Below, piece by piece: positions 9,482 through 19,700 of a stretch of DNA of 64,000 nt. The notes beneath the pieces were generated by a model. It searched no databases. It saw nothing but the letters and a program-made list of their open reading frames with translations, and was not told where the DNA came from. The DNA is from a virus (lineage: Duplodnaviria; Caudoviricetes). Position 1 is the stretch's first letter; each line of letters opens with the position of its first letter. The stretch is from positions 1 to 64,000 of IMG/VR virus record IMGVR_UViG_3300036803_000072; one strand, written 5' to 3'. A program made the translations under genes and the position numbers.

Positions 9482-10252
9482 TTAACTACCGATGTAGCGG
9501 TCAGCCGGGTTGATCGAGCCGGCACTGGGTGCGCCGGCAGGGGCCTGGACGATCTCGCTGGGCCCCTGGACGATCGTCGGGCCGGGCACCACGATCGGCG
9601 CCGGAGGAGCCTCAGTCACCGTCGGCGCGGGGGTCACGACCGGCGTGGGCAGCGGCACGGGGGTGTCGGTGGGGGTCGGCGTCGGCGTGGGCGTCGGGAT
9701 GTTGCAGTTACCCAGGTCGACGCGCAGCCGGGCGAGCAGGGCGGTGTCACTGTTCTCGGCCCGCTGGTCGGCGACACACTTCGCGTCCGCAGCCCTCACG
9801 GCGGCCTTCGCGTTCTCCAGGTTGGTCTTAGCTGTGGCGATCGCCTGGTCTTCGGCATCGGTCGAGGTCTCAGTGGCCTCGCCAGCCTCATTGTCGGCCG
9901 CTACAGCGTCGTTATAGGCCTTCTGGGCGTCCGCCAGGTGCTGTCGCGCGGTCTGCGCTGCCTGGGTGTCGGTGCGCGCCGCCTTACGGTCGGTGCGGAC
10001 GTCGATGTCGGCGCGGACGATCAGGCCCGGCAAGTCGTTGCAGTTGGCGCCGACGCCTGCGTGTACTCGGGCGAGATTACCGACCCGGGCGTTGACGTTG
10101 ACCAGGTTGCCGTTGCCACGATTGCCGGTACCGTTGTCGCCGCAGGTGTTGTCCTGGCACGCGGTGGCCGACGCCGAGGCGGGGACCGCCAGGGCGAGCA
10201 CGGCGAAGGCGCTCGCCGCCACGCTGAGCAGGGCATTCTTCGGGCTGATCAC
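9482..10252 (-). CDS. Secreted coiled-coil / Pro-Thr-rich protein, possible sortase substrate
   Basis: Signal peptide ending ASA, Ala-rich coiled coil, (TP)n linker, C-terminal APAGAPSAGS; directly upstream of the sortase. Confidence 0.65.
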   Translation of the reverse strand: MISPKNALLSVAASAFAVLALAVPASASATACQDNTCGDNGTGNRGNGNLVNVNARVGNLARVHAGVGANCNDLPGLIVRADIDVRTDRKAARTDTQAAQTARQHLADAQKAYNDAVAADNEAGEATETSTDAEDQAIATAKTNLENAKAAVRAADAKCVADQRAENSDTALLARLRVDLGNCNIPTPTPTPTPTDTPVPLPTPVVTPAPTVTEAPPAPIVVPGPTIVQGPSEIVQAPAGAPSAGSINPADRYIGS

Positions 10253-10462
10253 TCTCGTACTCCTCGTGTTAAGGGTCCTGCCGCCTACCGGCTAGGAAAC
10301 TCACAGTGGATACACAGGTCACGGAAAGCTACTGCCCGTGCACTGCTGATCGCGGTGCGCCACGCTGATAGGACGCGCGTATACTGGGTAGGTTCCGGCG
10401 TCACCACAACGACAACCCCCATCAACCCGATGGTGGACGGTTGCGCCGGAACTCCTAACCCG

Positions 10463-10487
10463 TGGTAGGCTACGGTTCGTTCCGGTC
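10463..10487 (+). promoter_or_regulatory. Conserved phage motif, extended -10 + (C)GTTCCGGTC
   Basis: TGG TAGGCT acggtt CGTTCCGGTC, then GAGGAG RBS before 10506. Confidence 0.7.
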
Positions 10488-10505
10488 CGACCGTGAGGAG
10501 CCACG

Positions 10506-11249
10506 ATGGAAGAAAAACTGCTTGCCCGCGTTCGCGCCCTACTCGCGAAAGCCGAAGCCACCGACTACCCCGACGAGGCCGAAGCGTTCACCGCGAAGGC
10601 CGCCGAACTCATCGCGAAGTACGGCATCGACGAGGCCATGCTCGCCGCCGCCGGTGGACGCGCCGACGAGATCAAGCAAGTCAAGATCAATATCTCGGAT
10701 GCCTACAGCACAGAGAAGGCGATCCTGCTCGGTGGCATCGCCAACGCTCTACGCTGCCGCTGCGTCACCTACGCCTACAAGGGCAGCCGCACCGTTCTCT
10801 ATGCCCACGTCCTGGGCTACGGCGTCGACCTCGAACGTGTCGAGCTGCTCTACACCAGTCTGCTTTTTCAGGCCTCCAGCCAGGTCACCGAAGTCCGCCC
10901 CAGCTGGTACGACGATTCCAGCGTCAGGACCTACCGCAAGTCGTGGCTGATGGGTTTCGCCACCGCCGTGCAGAACCGTCTCACGGCAGCCGAAAACAAG
11001 GCCGCCGAACAGGCGCAGCGCGCAGCGACAGTCAGTGCCACAGGCACCGGTGCGCCGTCCACGGATCTCGTGCTGCTCGACCGGGTCGAGAAAGTTGATG
11101 CCGAGTACGACCGGCTCCATCCGAACCTCGAAGACCGCAAATACAGGGCCCGGCTCACCTCCGAGGGCTACAGCGGTGGGCACGCCGCCGGCCGCCGGGC
11201 CGACCTCGGAAACACCCGTCTCGGCGGTACCCGCACCGCCCTGAAGTGA
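10506..11249 (+). CDS. DUF2786 family protein
   Basis: Signature LARVRALLAKAEAT.YP.EAEAFTAKAAELIAKYGID; SWLMGFA. Confidence 0.85.
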   Translation: MEEKLLARVRALLAKAEATDYPDEAEAFTAKAAELIAKYGIDEAMLAAAGGRADEIKQVKINISDAYSTEKAILLGGIANALRCRCVTYAYKGSRTVLYAHVLGYGVDLERVELLYTSLLFQASSQVTEVRPSWYDDSSVRTYRKSWLMGFATAVQNRLTAAENKAAEQAQRAATVSATGTGAPSTDLVLLDRVEKVDAEYDRLHPNLEDRKYRARLTSEGYSGGHAAGRRADLGNTRLGGTRTALK

Positions 11250-11288
11250 CCATCCATTCCTATCGAAGGAGACCGATATACTGCCATT

Positions 11289-11459
11289 ATGGAGACAGTA
11301 AATTTCGACCCGCCGATACCCACTCCCTGTTACATTGCAATGATCACTGACGCGCAAGGGCGTTACAAGTTTGGAATTTATGACGTCAAAGAGAAGCAGC
11401 TACGAACCGTGTACCAGCTCAACGCGGAAGGAACCGCCTACGTCCCAGCGGAGGTATAG
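11289..11459 (+). CDS. Small hypothetical protein (56 aa)
   Basis: METVNFDPPIPTPCY... open to TAG 11457-11459; lower-GC segment; below the ORF-track cut-off. Confidence 0.35.
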   Translation: METVNFDPPIPTPCYIAMITDAQGRYKFGIYDVKEKQLRTVYQLNAEGTAYVPAEV

Positions 11460-11655
11460 TCGGTCCATGGAGTCACCACCCTGGGATATCATGCGCAGCT
11501 CAACCGCGATAGAAAGTTATCCGGGCGGTTTGCGCATCACCGTTGATGACGGACAGCACAAGGCAACGGTGGATCTCACACCCCGTGCCTGGGAAGTTTT
11601 CAAGGCGCGGGGCGATCTGGTCCTGGGGCTACCTACGCCGCCCCCGTGACAACGA

Positions 11656-11904
11656 CTATCGACTACCCGTGATAAACGTTACGGGCATGCTATAGTCTCC
11701 TATCTGGATCTGCATCTCGGTCTGTAGCTTAGACAGGGCGGATGACTGGTCGTCGGTAGAGAGTACGGCGTCACCGCTGGTGATGCTGCCCGAACTTGTT
11801 ACTGCATTGTTATCGTCCATAATGACGTACGAACCAGTAATGCGTAGCGCCCCGTTGAGGTCTGTGACGAAACTGGTGGGGATGATGAATGCGTAGTTGG
11901 CCAT
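11656..11904 (-). CDS. Small hypothetical protein of the fibre cassette
   Basis: ATG with GGAG RBS; follows the fibre gene. Confidence 0.55.
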   Translation of the reverse strand: MANYAFIIPTSFVTDLNGALRITGSYVIMDDNNAVTSSGSITSGDAVLSTDDQSSALSKLQTEMQIQIGDYSMPVTFITGSR

Positions 11905-11916
11905 TGCTATGCGCTC

Positions 11917-12591
11917 CTAAGGTAGCCACACGGAATAGTGCATCGGACTGCTCGGCGAAAGTGAACTCTCCAGGAAACTACTAGGTAGGTCGGACTGTCC
12001 TGTCATCCGGCCGGAAAGTCTTAGCGACATCGCCCATTCAGTTGCCACAACGGTAGCTGGCGCCAGTATTCCTGTGAGCGACGGTGTAGCCACACTGGTA
12101 ACAACTAGAATTGCGGACGCGTATCGCTGTCCGGCCACCTTGGCATAGGATGCCGATAATGTCCGCGTGTACGCAGTTCCGATCGCTGCCCAGAGGGTGG
12201 TGTCATTCGCAATCGACGCTACCAGCGTACCATTGCCGCTGCTATCGATCGTATATAACCCAATTCGACATAGAGTTGGTGTTGCCGCCGCTGCGGGAGA
12301 CCCGCATGACGTTCTAACCTGCGTAATTGTCTCCGACTTACGCGCGGTGAAGTAGGATAAACAAAATACACCGGTAATAAGTGAGGCGCCTTGAGTGTTT
12401 ATCAGTCGGCGAGAAAAATTCTCCTCACCTGTTGTCACGCCGTCCGCGACAGTGAGGGATCGCACGTCGGTGTACTGCTTCGTTGCGGCATGTAGATTAG
12501 CGGACGGGTCCGACGGGAGCAGTAGGTTGTCTCCCGACTGCACCTCTTGAATGCTGCCGCTGTATAAAGCTAATGCTTTTCTATCCGCCAT
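11917..12591 (-). CDS. Putative head/neck fibre protein
   Basis: N-terminal LPSDPSANLHAATKQYTD fibre-type motif followed by a beta-rich domain. Confidence 0.55.
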   Translation of the reverse strand: MADRKALALYSGSIQEVQSGDNLLLPSDPSANLHAATKQYTDVRSLTVADGVTTGEENFSRRLINTQGASLITGVFCLSYFTARKSETITQVRTSCGSPAAAATPTLCRIGLYTIDSSGNGTLVASIANDTTLWAAIGTAYTRTLSASYAKVAGQRYASAILVVTSVATPSLTGILAPATVVATEWAMSLRLSGRMTGQSDLPSSFLESSLSPSSPMHYSVWLP

Positions 12592-12592
12592 T

Positions 12593-13105
12593 TCACCCGG
12601 TCACAATGGGCGCGAATGGACGGAACTCGACTACAGTTGCCGATAAGGCGATGCCGATTCGCTGCACCGTCTGGCCGGCTGTACCGCTGGGTGCCGAGCC
12701 AGTTGCGGCGCCAGGCGTAGTAGCCGAGAGGAAAACGTCACCGGGTGTCATGCCCGTTACTTGAGTGTTCTGACCCGCAAGGTAGACGGTACCCATGGCG
12801 CCGGACGACACAGCCCCTAGCACAAACCCGTCGGCTTTCTTGCCCGTAGTCGACGCGTCCGCCTTCCTCGTATTCAAGGTGCCGGAGTTGTTATAGAGGC
12901 TGACAAAGTTGCCAGCGGACAGGGCTTCAGAGGCGAGGACACTGACCGTGTCAGCACCGATGCCGGTGGGCATCACCGTGGAATCTAGATGTCCACTACC
13001 GTCGAGAGCCACAATTTGTCCGGCATTGGCGCCCCCGGCGGAGGAGACCGTAGCAGCCTTCTCCGTGATAGTGCCGCTATTATTATACAGATACTTATCG
13101 GCCAT
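12593..13105 (-). CDS. Putative capsid cement / fibre-base protein (DUF2190-like fold)
   Basis: Gly/Ala/Ser-rich with ASEALSAG, RKADAS, ADGFVLGAV, VQRIGIAL motifs; similar to the C-terminus of 13116-13901. Confidence 0.55.
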   Translation of the reverse strand: MADKYLYNNSGTITEKAATVSSAGGANAGQIVALDGSGHLDSTVMPTGIGADTVSVLASEALSAGNFVSLYNNSGTLNTRKADASTTGKKADGFVLGAVSSGAMGTVYLAGQNTQVTGMTPGDVFLSATTPGAATGSAPSGTAGQTVQRIGIALSATVVEFRPFAPIVTG

Positions 13106-13115
13106 GCCGAGGCTC

Positions 13116-13901
13116 CTAGCTTAGACTAATAGATGGTTGTCTATCAAAGAATGCTGATCGAGGCCCAGTGGCATAACCAACCTGAGCTAAAAACAGGGCC
13201 GCTGGCGCTACGGGGACGGCCTGAGCGAGCACACCGTTTAGCCCGAGATACAAGGGACCGGAAGACCACGACCAGGTGGACTCATCCACCGGCCCGAAAG
13301 CTACCACCTCAACCGAGGCGCCGTCAGCGACAGCACCGAGGGTCATCCACAATGGCGCATTCACATGAGCGGCGTTGGTGTTGCTCGCGTAGCTCACCGT
13401 GCCATCGCCGTTGTCGGTCACCATCCTGTGACCGGACAGCGCACCCCGGGCAGTCGAGCTCAGAATGACTCCCCGACCGTTTCCCACAGTAGTGGGTTTC
13501 CAGGTGGAGCCGTCAAAGCCCAGGAACTGTCCCGCCGAAGCCCCGGCGGTAGTGACATCACTCAGCGAACCAAGGCTCATCCCCCCGGCTCCCGGCGAGG
13601 AGACGGGAACGATCAACCGATCTCGAAGTCGCTGTGTAGTCGGAGTATCAGCAACGGTGGCCGTGTATCTCGCCACCTCCAATTCCCGCACAACGTAGTA
13701 TGTCGTGCCCTCATAGGCTGACTGGGGAGGCAGATCTACCTGCCAACGCCCATTCCCGTCCGTGGTACCCACCCAGAAGGCTCCCGGGGGGGATTCTCGG
13801 TCACCGCTGGCCGACCACAAACCAACTAGCTCGACAGTCACCCGGCCGCCAACCACCGGATCACCTGCGGCATTGACCAGGACATTGGTCAACGTAGGCA
13901 T
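13116..13901 (-). CDS. Putative virion decoration/fibre protein
   Basis: N-terminal TTDGNGRWQVDLPP beta-sandwich, LGSLSDV...GQFLGFDGSTWKP fibre repeat, cement-like C-terminus. Confidence 0.55.
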   Translation of the reverse strand: MPTLTNVLVNAAGDPVVGGRVTVELVGLWSASGDRESPPGAFWVGTTDGNGRWQVDLPPQSAYEGTTYYVVRELEVARYTATVADTPTTQRLRDRLIVPVSSPGAGGMSLGSLSDVTTAGASAGQFLGFDGSTWKPTTVGNGRGVILSSTARGALSGHRMVTDNGDGTVSYASNTNAAHVNAPLWMTLGAVADGASVEVVAFGPVDESTWSWSSGPLYLGLNGVLAQAVPVAPAALFLAQVGYATGPRSAFFDRQPSISLS

Positions 13902-13919
13902 GTCTCACCGATCTGCGAA

Positions 13920-13949
13920 CGCCCGGCGCGGAGGGTGTCGCGCCGGGCG
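13920..13949 (-). terminator. GC-rich hairpin after the capsid/decoration genes
   Basis: Perfect 11-bp stem CGCCCGGCGCG / CGCGCCGGGCG with an 8-nt loop, starting 8 nt past the 13957 stop. Confidence 0.6.
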
Positions 13950-13956
13950 TCGCCCG

Positions 13957-14433
13957 TTAGACGTATGTGTAAGCGCCAGTCGCGGTCACGTTGCCGGCGT
14001 CATCATTGACCACCACATCGACCACACCCGTGGCATGCGACGCCGTCACACCGGTGATCGTGGAATCGTTCACGACCTTAAACGTGGTCAACGCGCCACC
14101 GCCCACCGTGGCACCGGTCGCCCCGGCGAAGTGCGTGCCCTTGATCGTCACCGCCGTGCCGCCAGCAGCAGCACCCGTCGCCGGTGAGATCGAGGCGATC
14201 GTCGCCGTCGGGTACAGGAAGTCCAGCTGGGACTGGTCGACCACCTGACCGGCCGCGAACAACTTGCGCCGCTCACCCTCGAACGTCTTGAAATTGTCCC
14301 GGTAAGGGTCGTAATTGTAGGCCTGATAGATGTCCTCATTGACGGTGACCTTCGTGCTGGGCACGGTGGTCACCTTCGCCTGCAAAGCCGACTTCGACAA
14401 CTTCGTCGTCCCATCGGCCGCGTAAATGGTCAT
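13957..14433 (-). CDS. Ig-like (IPT/TIG) head decoration protein
   Basis: PTATIASISPATGAAAGGTAVTIKGTHF...VVNDSTIT...GVVDVVV is an IPT/TIG pattern; directly after the capsid gene. Confidence 0.8.
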   Translation of the reverse strand: MTIYAADGTTKLSKSALQAKVTTVPSTKVTVNEDIYQAYNYDPYRDNFKTFEGERRKLFAAGQVVDQSQLDFLYPTATIASISPATGAAAGGTAVTIKGTHFAGATGATVGGGALTTFKVVNDSTITGVTASHATGVVDVVVNDDAGNVTATGAYTYV

Positions 14434-14464
14434 TCGATTATCCTCCTATCAAAGAATCGTTGGA

Positions 14465-15814
14465 TCAGGCACCGATAGCAGCGGCCAGGTTCACCTTCAC
14501 CATGGAAGCCGGGCGGTACACCGCAAGACCGAGCCTCTCCTCGGCCAGGACCACGATCGCGTTGCGGATAAAGAAGTCACTGTGCTGGTCGGCCGTGCGA
14601 ATGTTGGACTGCATCCGGTCGAACACCTGCGCACCCAGACCGAAAGCACCCAACAGGGCGGTACCTTCCGGGCACGCTGGGGTCGCCACAACCGGCATCT
14701 GCCACAGCGTCTTCTGTGCACCGGAGATGACCGACCCGGACACCAGGTAACGGCCCTGGTTGTCCTTGGTCAGCTCCATCTTCTCCCAGTCGTACGGGTG
14801 CACGACGATGCCCGTGGGGTCGTACTGGGCGAGCATCACGCGGGTGGCCGCACGGCGGATCGCGTCGACATAGGACTCGAACGCGGGCGGGGTGTAGGCG
14901 CCGGAGGGGAACAGCTGAATACCGGGCGTGTTGAAAATGCCGAGCAGGTTCTGACCCGTGCCGTCACCGAGCAGGATCTGCTCGTCTTCGACCAGGCGCA
15001 GGCCGTACATCAGGCGGGTGTCGATGATGCCGCGCAGCTGCGGCTCGTCATCGAGCACGTTGCGCGACGCAGGCACCCAGTGCGCCAGGGTGCGGATCGG
15101 AGTGGTCTTGATGTCGAAACGGATGTTGGATTTCGGCTTCAGACCGAAGTTGTCGCTAGGTGGGGTGCCTTCTCGTTCGGGCACCATCGCCGCTGCATTG
15201 TCGGCCGGGTCGACGAACCCCAACTCCTCAATGTATTCGATCATCACCGAGGAGGTGTTCATCTGCGGGAACAGGTCGCGCACCCGCCAGGTGAGCATCG
15301 GTGCGGTGACCATCGGGGCCCGCTGCACAGTGCCGAAACCGGGGTGCGTCACTACCCCGATGGAGCCGGAGTGCACGTCCTTGTACTGGACGCCGGAGGT
15401 GATCTCCATGTCCTCGACGGTGAACGCCCGGTCCATGAAGCCGGAGTCGCGGTGGCCCTTGAACTCCTCGGACTCAATGAACCGCTGACCGAGGGACTTC
15501 TGCTGCATCTGCGCCGGCACCATTTGCGCCGCGCCGCCTTGAGCCATCGCTACCGGCGCGGTGGCCGGGGCGTCGAGCCACGCGTCGAGCTCGCCCTTGC
15601 GTTCGATGGCGGTGACGGTCTTAAAGACGGTCTCGGCCTGATCGAGCAGACCCTTGTACTGAGTGAACGCCTCGGGCTTGACGTGCATGTTGCCGTCTTT
15701 GTCGAGCCACCCGGACGCGGTGATCTCATCCATCTTGCTGTTCAGAGACTTGATCTCTGCTCGACCACGTGAGACTAGGTCTTTGTCTTCGCGGTCGAGG
15801 ACTGGCGCTGTCAT
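14465..15814 (-). CDS. Major capsid protein, HK97 fold with N-terminal delta domain
   Basis: RTLAHWVPASRNVLDD, EDEQILLGDGTGQNLLGI, VVLAEERLGLAVYRP; ATG 15814 with GAGGAG RBS (ORF track starts upstream). Confidence 0.95.
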   Translation of the reverse strand: MTAPVLDREDKDLVSRGRAEIKSLNSKMDEITASGWLDKDGNMHVKPEAFTQYKGLLDQAETVFKTVTAIERKGELDAWLDAPATAPVAMAQGGAAQMVPAQMQQKSLGQRFIESEEFKGHRDSGFMDRAFTVEDMEITSGVQYKDVHSGSIGVVTHPGFGTVQRAPMVTAPMLTWRVRDLFPQMNTSSVMIEYIEELGFVDPADNAAAMVPEREGTPPSDNFGLKPKSNIRFDIKTTPIRTLAHWVPASRNVLDDEPQLRGIIDTRLMYGLRLVEDEQILLGDGTGQNLLGIFNTPGIQLFPSGAYTPPAFESYVDAIRRAATRVMLAQYDPTGIVVHPYDWEKMELTKDNQGRYLVSGSVISGAQKTLWQMPVVATPACPEGTALLGAFGLGAQVFDRMQSNIRTADQHSDFFIRNAIVVLAEERLGLAVYRPASMVKVNLAAAIGA

Positions 15815-15972
15815 GCGCTCTCCTCGTGCTCGGTGGGGGAGAGCACGGGGGCAGGCTGAGGCGAGCCCATCGTGCTCTGGACTCGCACCGGTCAGCACCA
15901 GGCGCGCGAGCAGGAGTAGATCACCGAAGGCGGAGATAGCGACGGCGACACGCCGGGCATTACCATGGGCCT

Positions 15973-16176
15973 ATGACAGTCAGGCGAATCGTTGCCGGTG
16001 TCGTACTGACAGCCGTGGCGGTGCTCGTTCCCGTGGCCACGGCGGTGCCGGCATCAGCAGCGTGCGGGGTCACCCCGGGGTTTTGTCCCAACTCGCCAGA
16101 CACCAGCAACCCGGACACCGGTGACATCACTCGGGAGAGCTACCCGGCCTGGCACACCGAAGCCGACTGGAGCTAG
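15973..16176 (+). CDS. Small secreted protein (moron, probably leaderless)
   Basis: Signal peptide ending ASA; TACCAT -10 box 6 nt before the ATG. Confidence 0.55.
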   Translation: MTVRRIVAGVVLTAVAVLVPVATAVPASAACGVTPGFCPNSPDTSNPDTGDITRESYPAWHTEADWS

Positions 16177-16427
16177 TCCAGTACGACACCCAGCACCGGT
16201 CTGGTGACCGCGTCGGTTATCTCCACCCGAATCCCATAAATGGTGGCCGTTCGTACGTCGCTGCCGGGCCACGGTGGCGGGAAGTCCTCGGGCACGTACA
16301 GGCGCAGGCAAGTGGGGGCCAGGTCCCCGATGCCGCAGCCCATCCCCGCAGTGAGCCGCGCCAGCACCGAGAGCAAGGTCAGCGACAGCTGATGCCACTG
16401 CGGCGCCATCACCATCGGCTCGGCCAT
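16173..16427 (-). CDS. Hypothetical protein
   Basis: 84-aa ORF between the polyprotein and capsid genes. Confidence 0.4.
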   Translation of the reverse strand: MAEPMVMAPQWHQLSLTLLSVLARLTAGMGCGIGDLAPTCLRLYVPEDFPPPWPGSDVRTATIYGIRVEITDAVTRPVLGVVLD

Positions 16428-16536
16428 TCAGCTCCAAATCTTGGATCAACTTGGATGGATCTTGGACGTAAAGAGACGGCCCCCTTGGAGCGAGGGCCGT
16501 CGGGCCCGGGCTGCTCACTCGGGCGTGGTACGACTT

Positions 16537-16734
16537 CTACCTTAGCCGGTCCGGGATGAAAGCCAACCCGATCGAATGCTTCCCATCTTCGGGGATCGGT
16601 GAACAGCACGCCGGGCACGGCATGCCCGCTCCGCCGCAGTAACAGGCCGCCGCGCAATCATGAAGATCACCCCACGGCTTGTCGGGGTGGTTCTCGCACA
16701 CGTGGGCCTGATCGTGACAGTTCTCGCAGTACAT
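16537..16734 (-). CDS. Small Cys/His-rich putative zinc-binding protein
   Basis: CENC, VCENH, CYC and CPAC motifs; ATG coupled to the polyprotein stop (TGATG). Confidence 0.6.
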   Translation of the reverse strand: MYCENCHDQAHVCENHPDKPWGDLHDCAAACYCGGAGMPCPACCSPIPEDGKHSIGLAFIPDRLR

Positions 16735-19700
16735 CAGCCCACCGTCGCCGCTGTGGGCTGCATCTGATACCCGGTGGCGGCCGTAACCCCGCGCGGACCG
16801 GCTTTCGACCCGCACGACGGGCACGCCGTGGCCTTGCTATCACTACCAACGGGGACCTGGACGTCGTTGCCGCAGGCCGCGCACGGCCACACCTTGTGCA
16901 TCACTCCGGAAGCGTCCATGACGTACCGGATGTCGGCGGCCACCGTGTCCGCGTAGGCCTCCTCATCGGGGTCCGGCTTGTCTTCCGGGTCCGGGGTGTC
17001 GGACCCCGACGCGGTTCGGGCCTTGATCTCCACGCCGAGCCGGGCGGCGCGCGACAAATCGAATGCGTCGATCACCATGTCTTCGATGGTCTTCTCCTCG
17101 GGCACGAGGTGACGCTTCCACACGGCGTCGATCGCCGCCTTGTCCGCCTCTTCTCCCTTGCGAGCCTCCGCCCGGCGGGCTTCCTGGCGCTTCTCCCGTT
17201 CGGTGTAGTTCAGCTTGTAGTCGGACGGGTCGTAGCTGTATCCGCTCCACCGTTGCTGAAGCTGACCACTCCCCGTGCCCCACGGCAGGTCCAGGGCCTG
17301 GAGGTCGGCGAGCAGCGCGGCCGGGTCATCCACTGTCCCGGTCATGCCGGCGGGGCGCACGCTGACCCCGTCGGTGGTCATGAACACCTTCAGGTCACTA
17401 GCGTCGCCCATCGCGCCGAGCGCCCCATCGGGCGACGCGTAGGCCTTCCCGGAGGCTTGCGGGTTGACGAACTTCTGCAACACCACCTTGCCGGCCTTGT
17501 TATAGGTGGAACGGCCCATGTTGCCCACCGCGCGGGCGGCCCTACTGCGGGCCGCTGACACGTTCTCGTCGGCCTGGGTTGCTACCGGCCCGGTCGGTGC
17601 GGCCGTGTTCACTCCGTCGGCTTGGAGTTTCGCCTCCAGCCGGGCCGACTCTGCCCGCGCGGCCTTCAGCTCATCGGTCTTCGGGAAGGCCATCCCCACG
17701 CGGGTCTTCATCTGCGCCACCTCTGAGCGCAGGTGCGCGGCCCGGTCGTGAAAGCGGTCGCGGCGGTTCTCGAAGCTGTGCAAGCTGTACTCGATCTTCG
17801 CGATGGTGCCGACACCCAGCTTATTGACGTCCTCTTGCGACATGCCGGTGATCACACCGGGCACGTCCTCAAAGTAGAGGTCGACGTGCATGCGCTGCTC
17901 GCGGCCCTGGTAGGGCTTCGCCATCAGCGTGTGGCCACCGATCTGGGCGACCTGCACCGGGCGGGGCGACCCGTAGGCGTACCGGGCCCGGTCGATGACG
18001 TCACCCAGCTTGGTCTTCAGCTCCGTGGCGGCGTCGGCGCGCTTAGTGACATCCACACCGGCGATGGTGGCCCGGAAGTGATCCCCGCCGATCTCCGTGC
18101 GCCTCTTGATCGCCGCATCCATCACTTTCGCGTCCGCGTCGGCCCCGGCGGCGTTAGCGGTGTAAGACACGATGTCTTTTTCGAGGTTGGTTTGGGTGCG
18201 CTTGTGCACCCGTTCCAATTTCGACAGCTTCGCCACCGACGAGTCGGCCTTCGCTTTGGCCATCAGGTCCATGTTGCCGGTGGCCAGGGCCTTGACCTCG
18301 TCATAGGACAGAGCGGTGTCGCCGACGTCCTCGATCTCCCGGGCGTCGAGGTTCCCGCGCATGATCTGCTCGATGAACTTTTGTTTACGGGCCAGGGTTT
18401 GCCACATGTAGGCGTCGAATGAGCCTTCGGTGACGTACCGGTAGATCCCCACCGTGGTATTGGTGTTGCCCTGGCGCATGATCCGGCCGTCGCGCTGTTC
18501 CACATCGGCGGGGCGCCACGGGGCGTCGAGATGGTGCAGGGCCACCGCACGGCGCTGCACGTTCGTGCCGACCCCCATCTTCTCCGAGGATCCGACGAGC
18601 ACGGAGATCGAGCCATTGCGGGCAGCGGCGAACATCTCCGCTTTCTGCACGTCGTTTTTCGCCTCGTGAATGAACCGCACCGACTTAGGGTCCATGCCCC
18701 GGGCGGCCAATTCGTCCCGCAGTTTCGCGTACGCGTTCCACTGCTCGGGATTGCCCGGTGTGCCCATGTCCAGGAACACCAGTTGCATCCCGCCGGGTGG
18801 CGGGTCGTCACCGGCATCAGGATTGTCGAGGTCTTTCGGCACGGGACGGTTTTTGTTGACCAGGTAGATCGCGTGGATCTTGTCGGCCGCGTCCTCGATC
18901 TTGCCCGTGGTGTGCTCGCCACCGACCAGGGCCATGCTCAGCGCGGCCTTGCGGCCATCACCGGAGATCTTGAGCATGTTGTCTTCCTCGGGCAGCACGG
19001 TGCGGTTGCGGACCGCCTCGGCCCGCTCGCCCAGCTGCGCCACGTAAGCCCGCAGCTCCTCCGAGGGCTGCACCGTGACGTTCTGCACCGCACCGGTCTC
19101 CAGGGCCGGGGTCGGCAGGTTCAGATCCTCAGCGGTCTTGATGTCGGCGAAGACGTGGAACAGGCGCAGCAGCTCAGGCACGTTGCGGAACTTCGCGAAT
19201 CGCGACGTCTGCCGGAAACCGATCCCCTCGGGCTTGAGCTCCATCTCCTCGACCACTTGACCGAATGTGGCCGCCCACTGGTCGAACGAATGGATGCCGG
19301 CCTCCTCTAGGAGGTCGGGGCGCATGAACCGTTGCATCACATACATTTGAGTGATGCTGTTGCGGATCGGGGTGCCGGTCGCGAACGTCGCCACCTTGCC
19401 CGACTGACTGCTAGCCCGCAGGTACTCCAATTTCATGTGCAGGTCGGTGGCCCGATCACTGCCCTCGATGGCGGCGCCCTGAATGTTGGACAGGGTCCGC
19501 AGGTTCGAGTACATGTGCGCCTCATCGACCATGACATGGTCGATGCCGGTCTGGTCGAAGCTGACCCCGACATCCTTCTGCTTGTCGAGCTTCTTTTTCA
19601 TCGCCTCCTCGGCGCGGATAACGGCCTTCTCCATTTTCTTGACCGTATTGTCGTGCGCCTTGCCCGACGCTGAGGAGGACTGCATGGCGAGCAGCTGGGC

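Noticed and set aside
9640-9710. Short tandem repeats as a DNA element
   Set aside because: Explained by the (Thr-Pro)n linker of the secreted protein; the Ser/Gly repeats at 50610-50700 are likewise protein-level.
8828-10468. Long shadow ORFs (also 2732-3832, 14426-15772, 33967-35208, 44053-45342, 60489-61559)
   Set aside because: Opposite-strand or off-frame shadows of real high-GC genes with no motifs or RBS, unlike 36199-37068 and 22574-23050.
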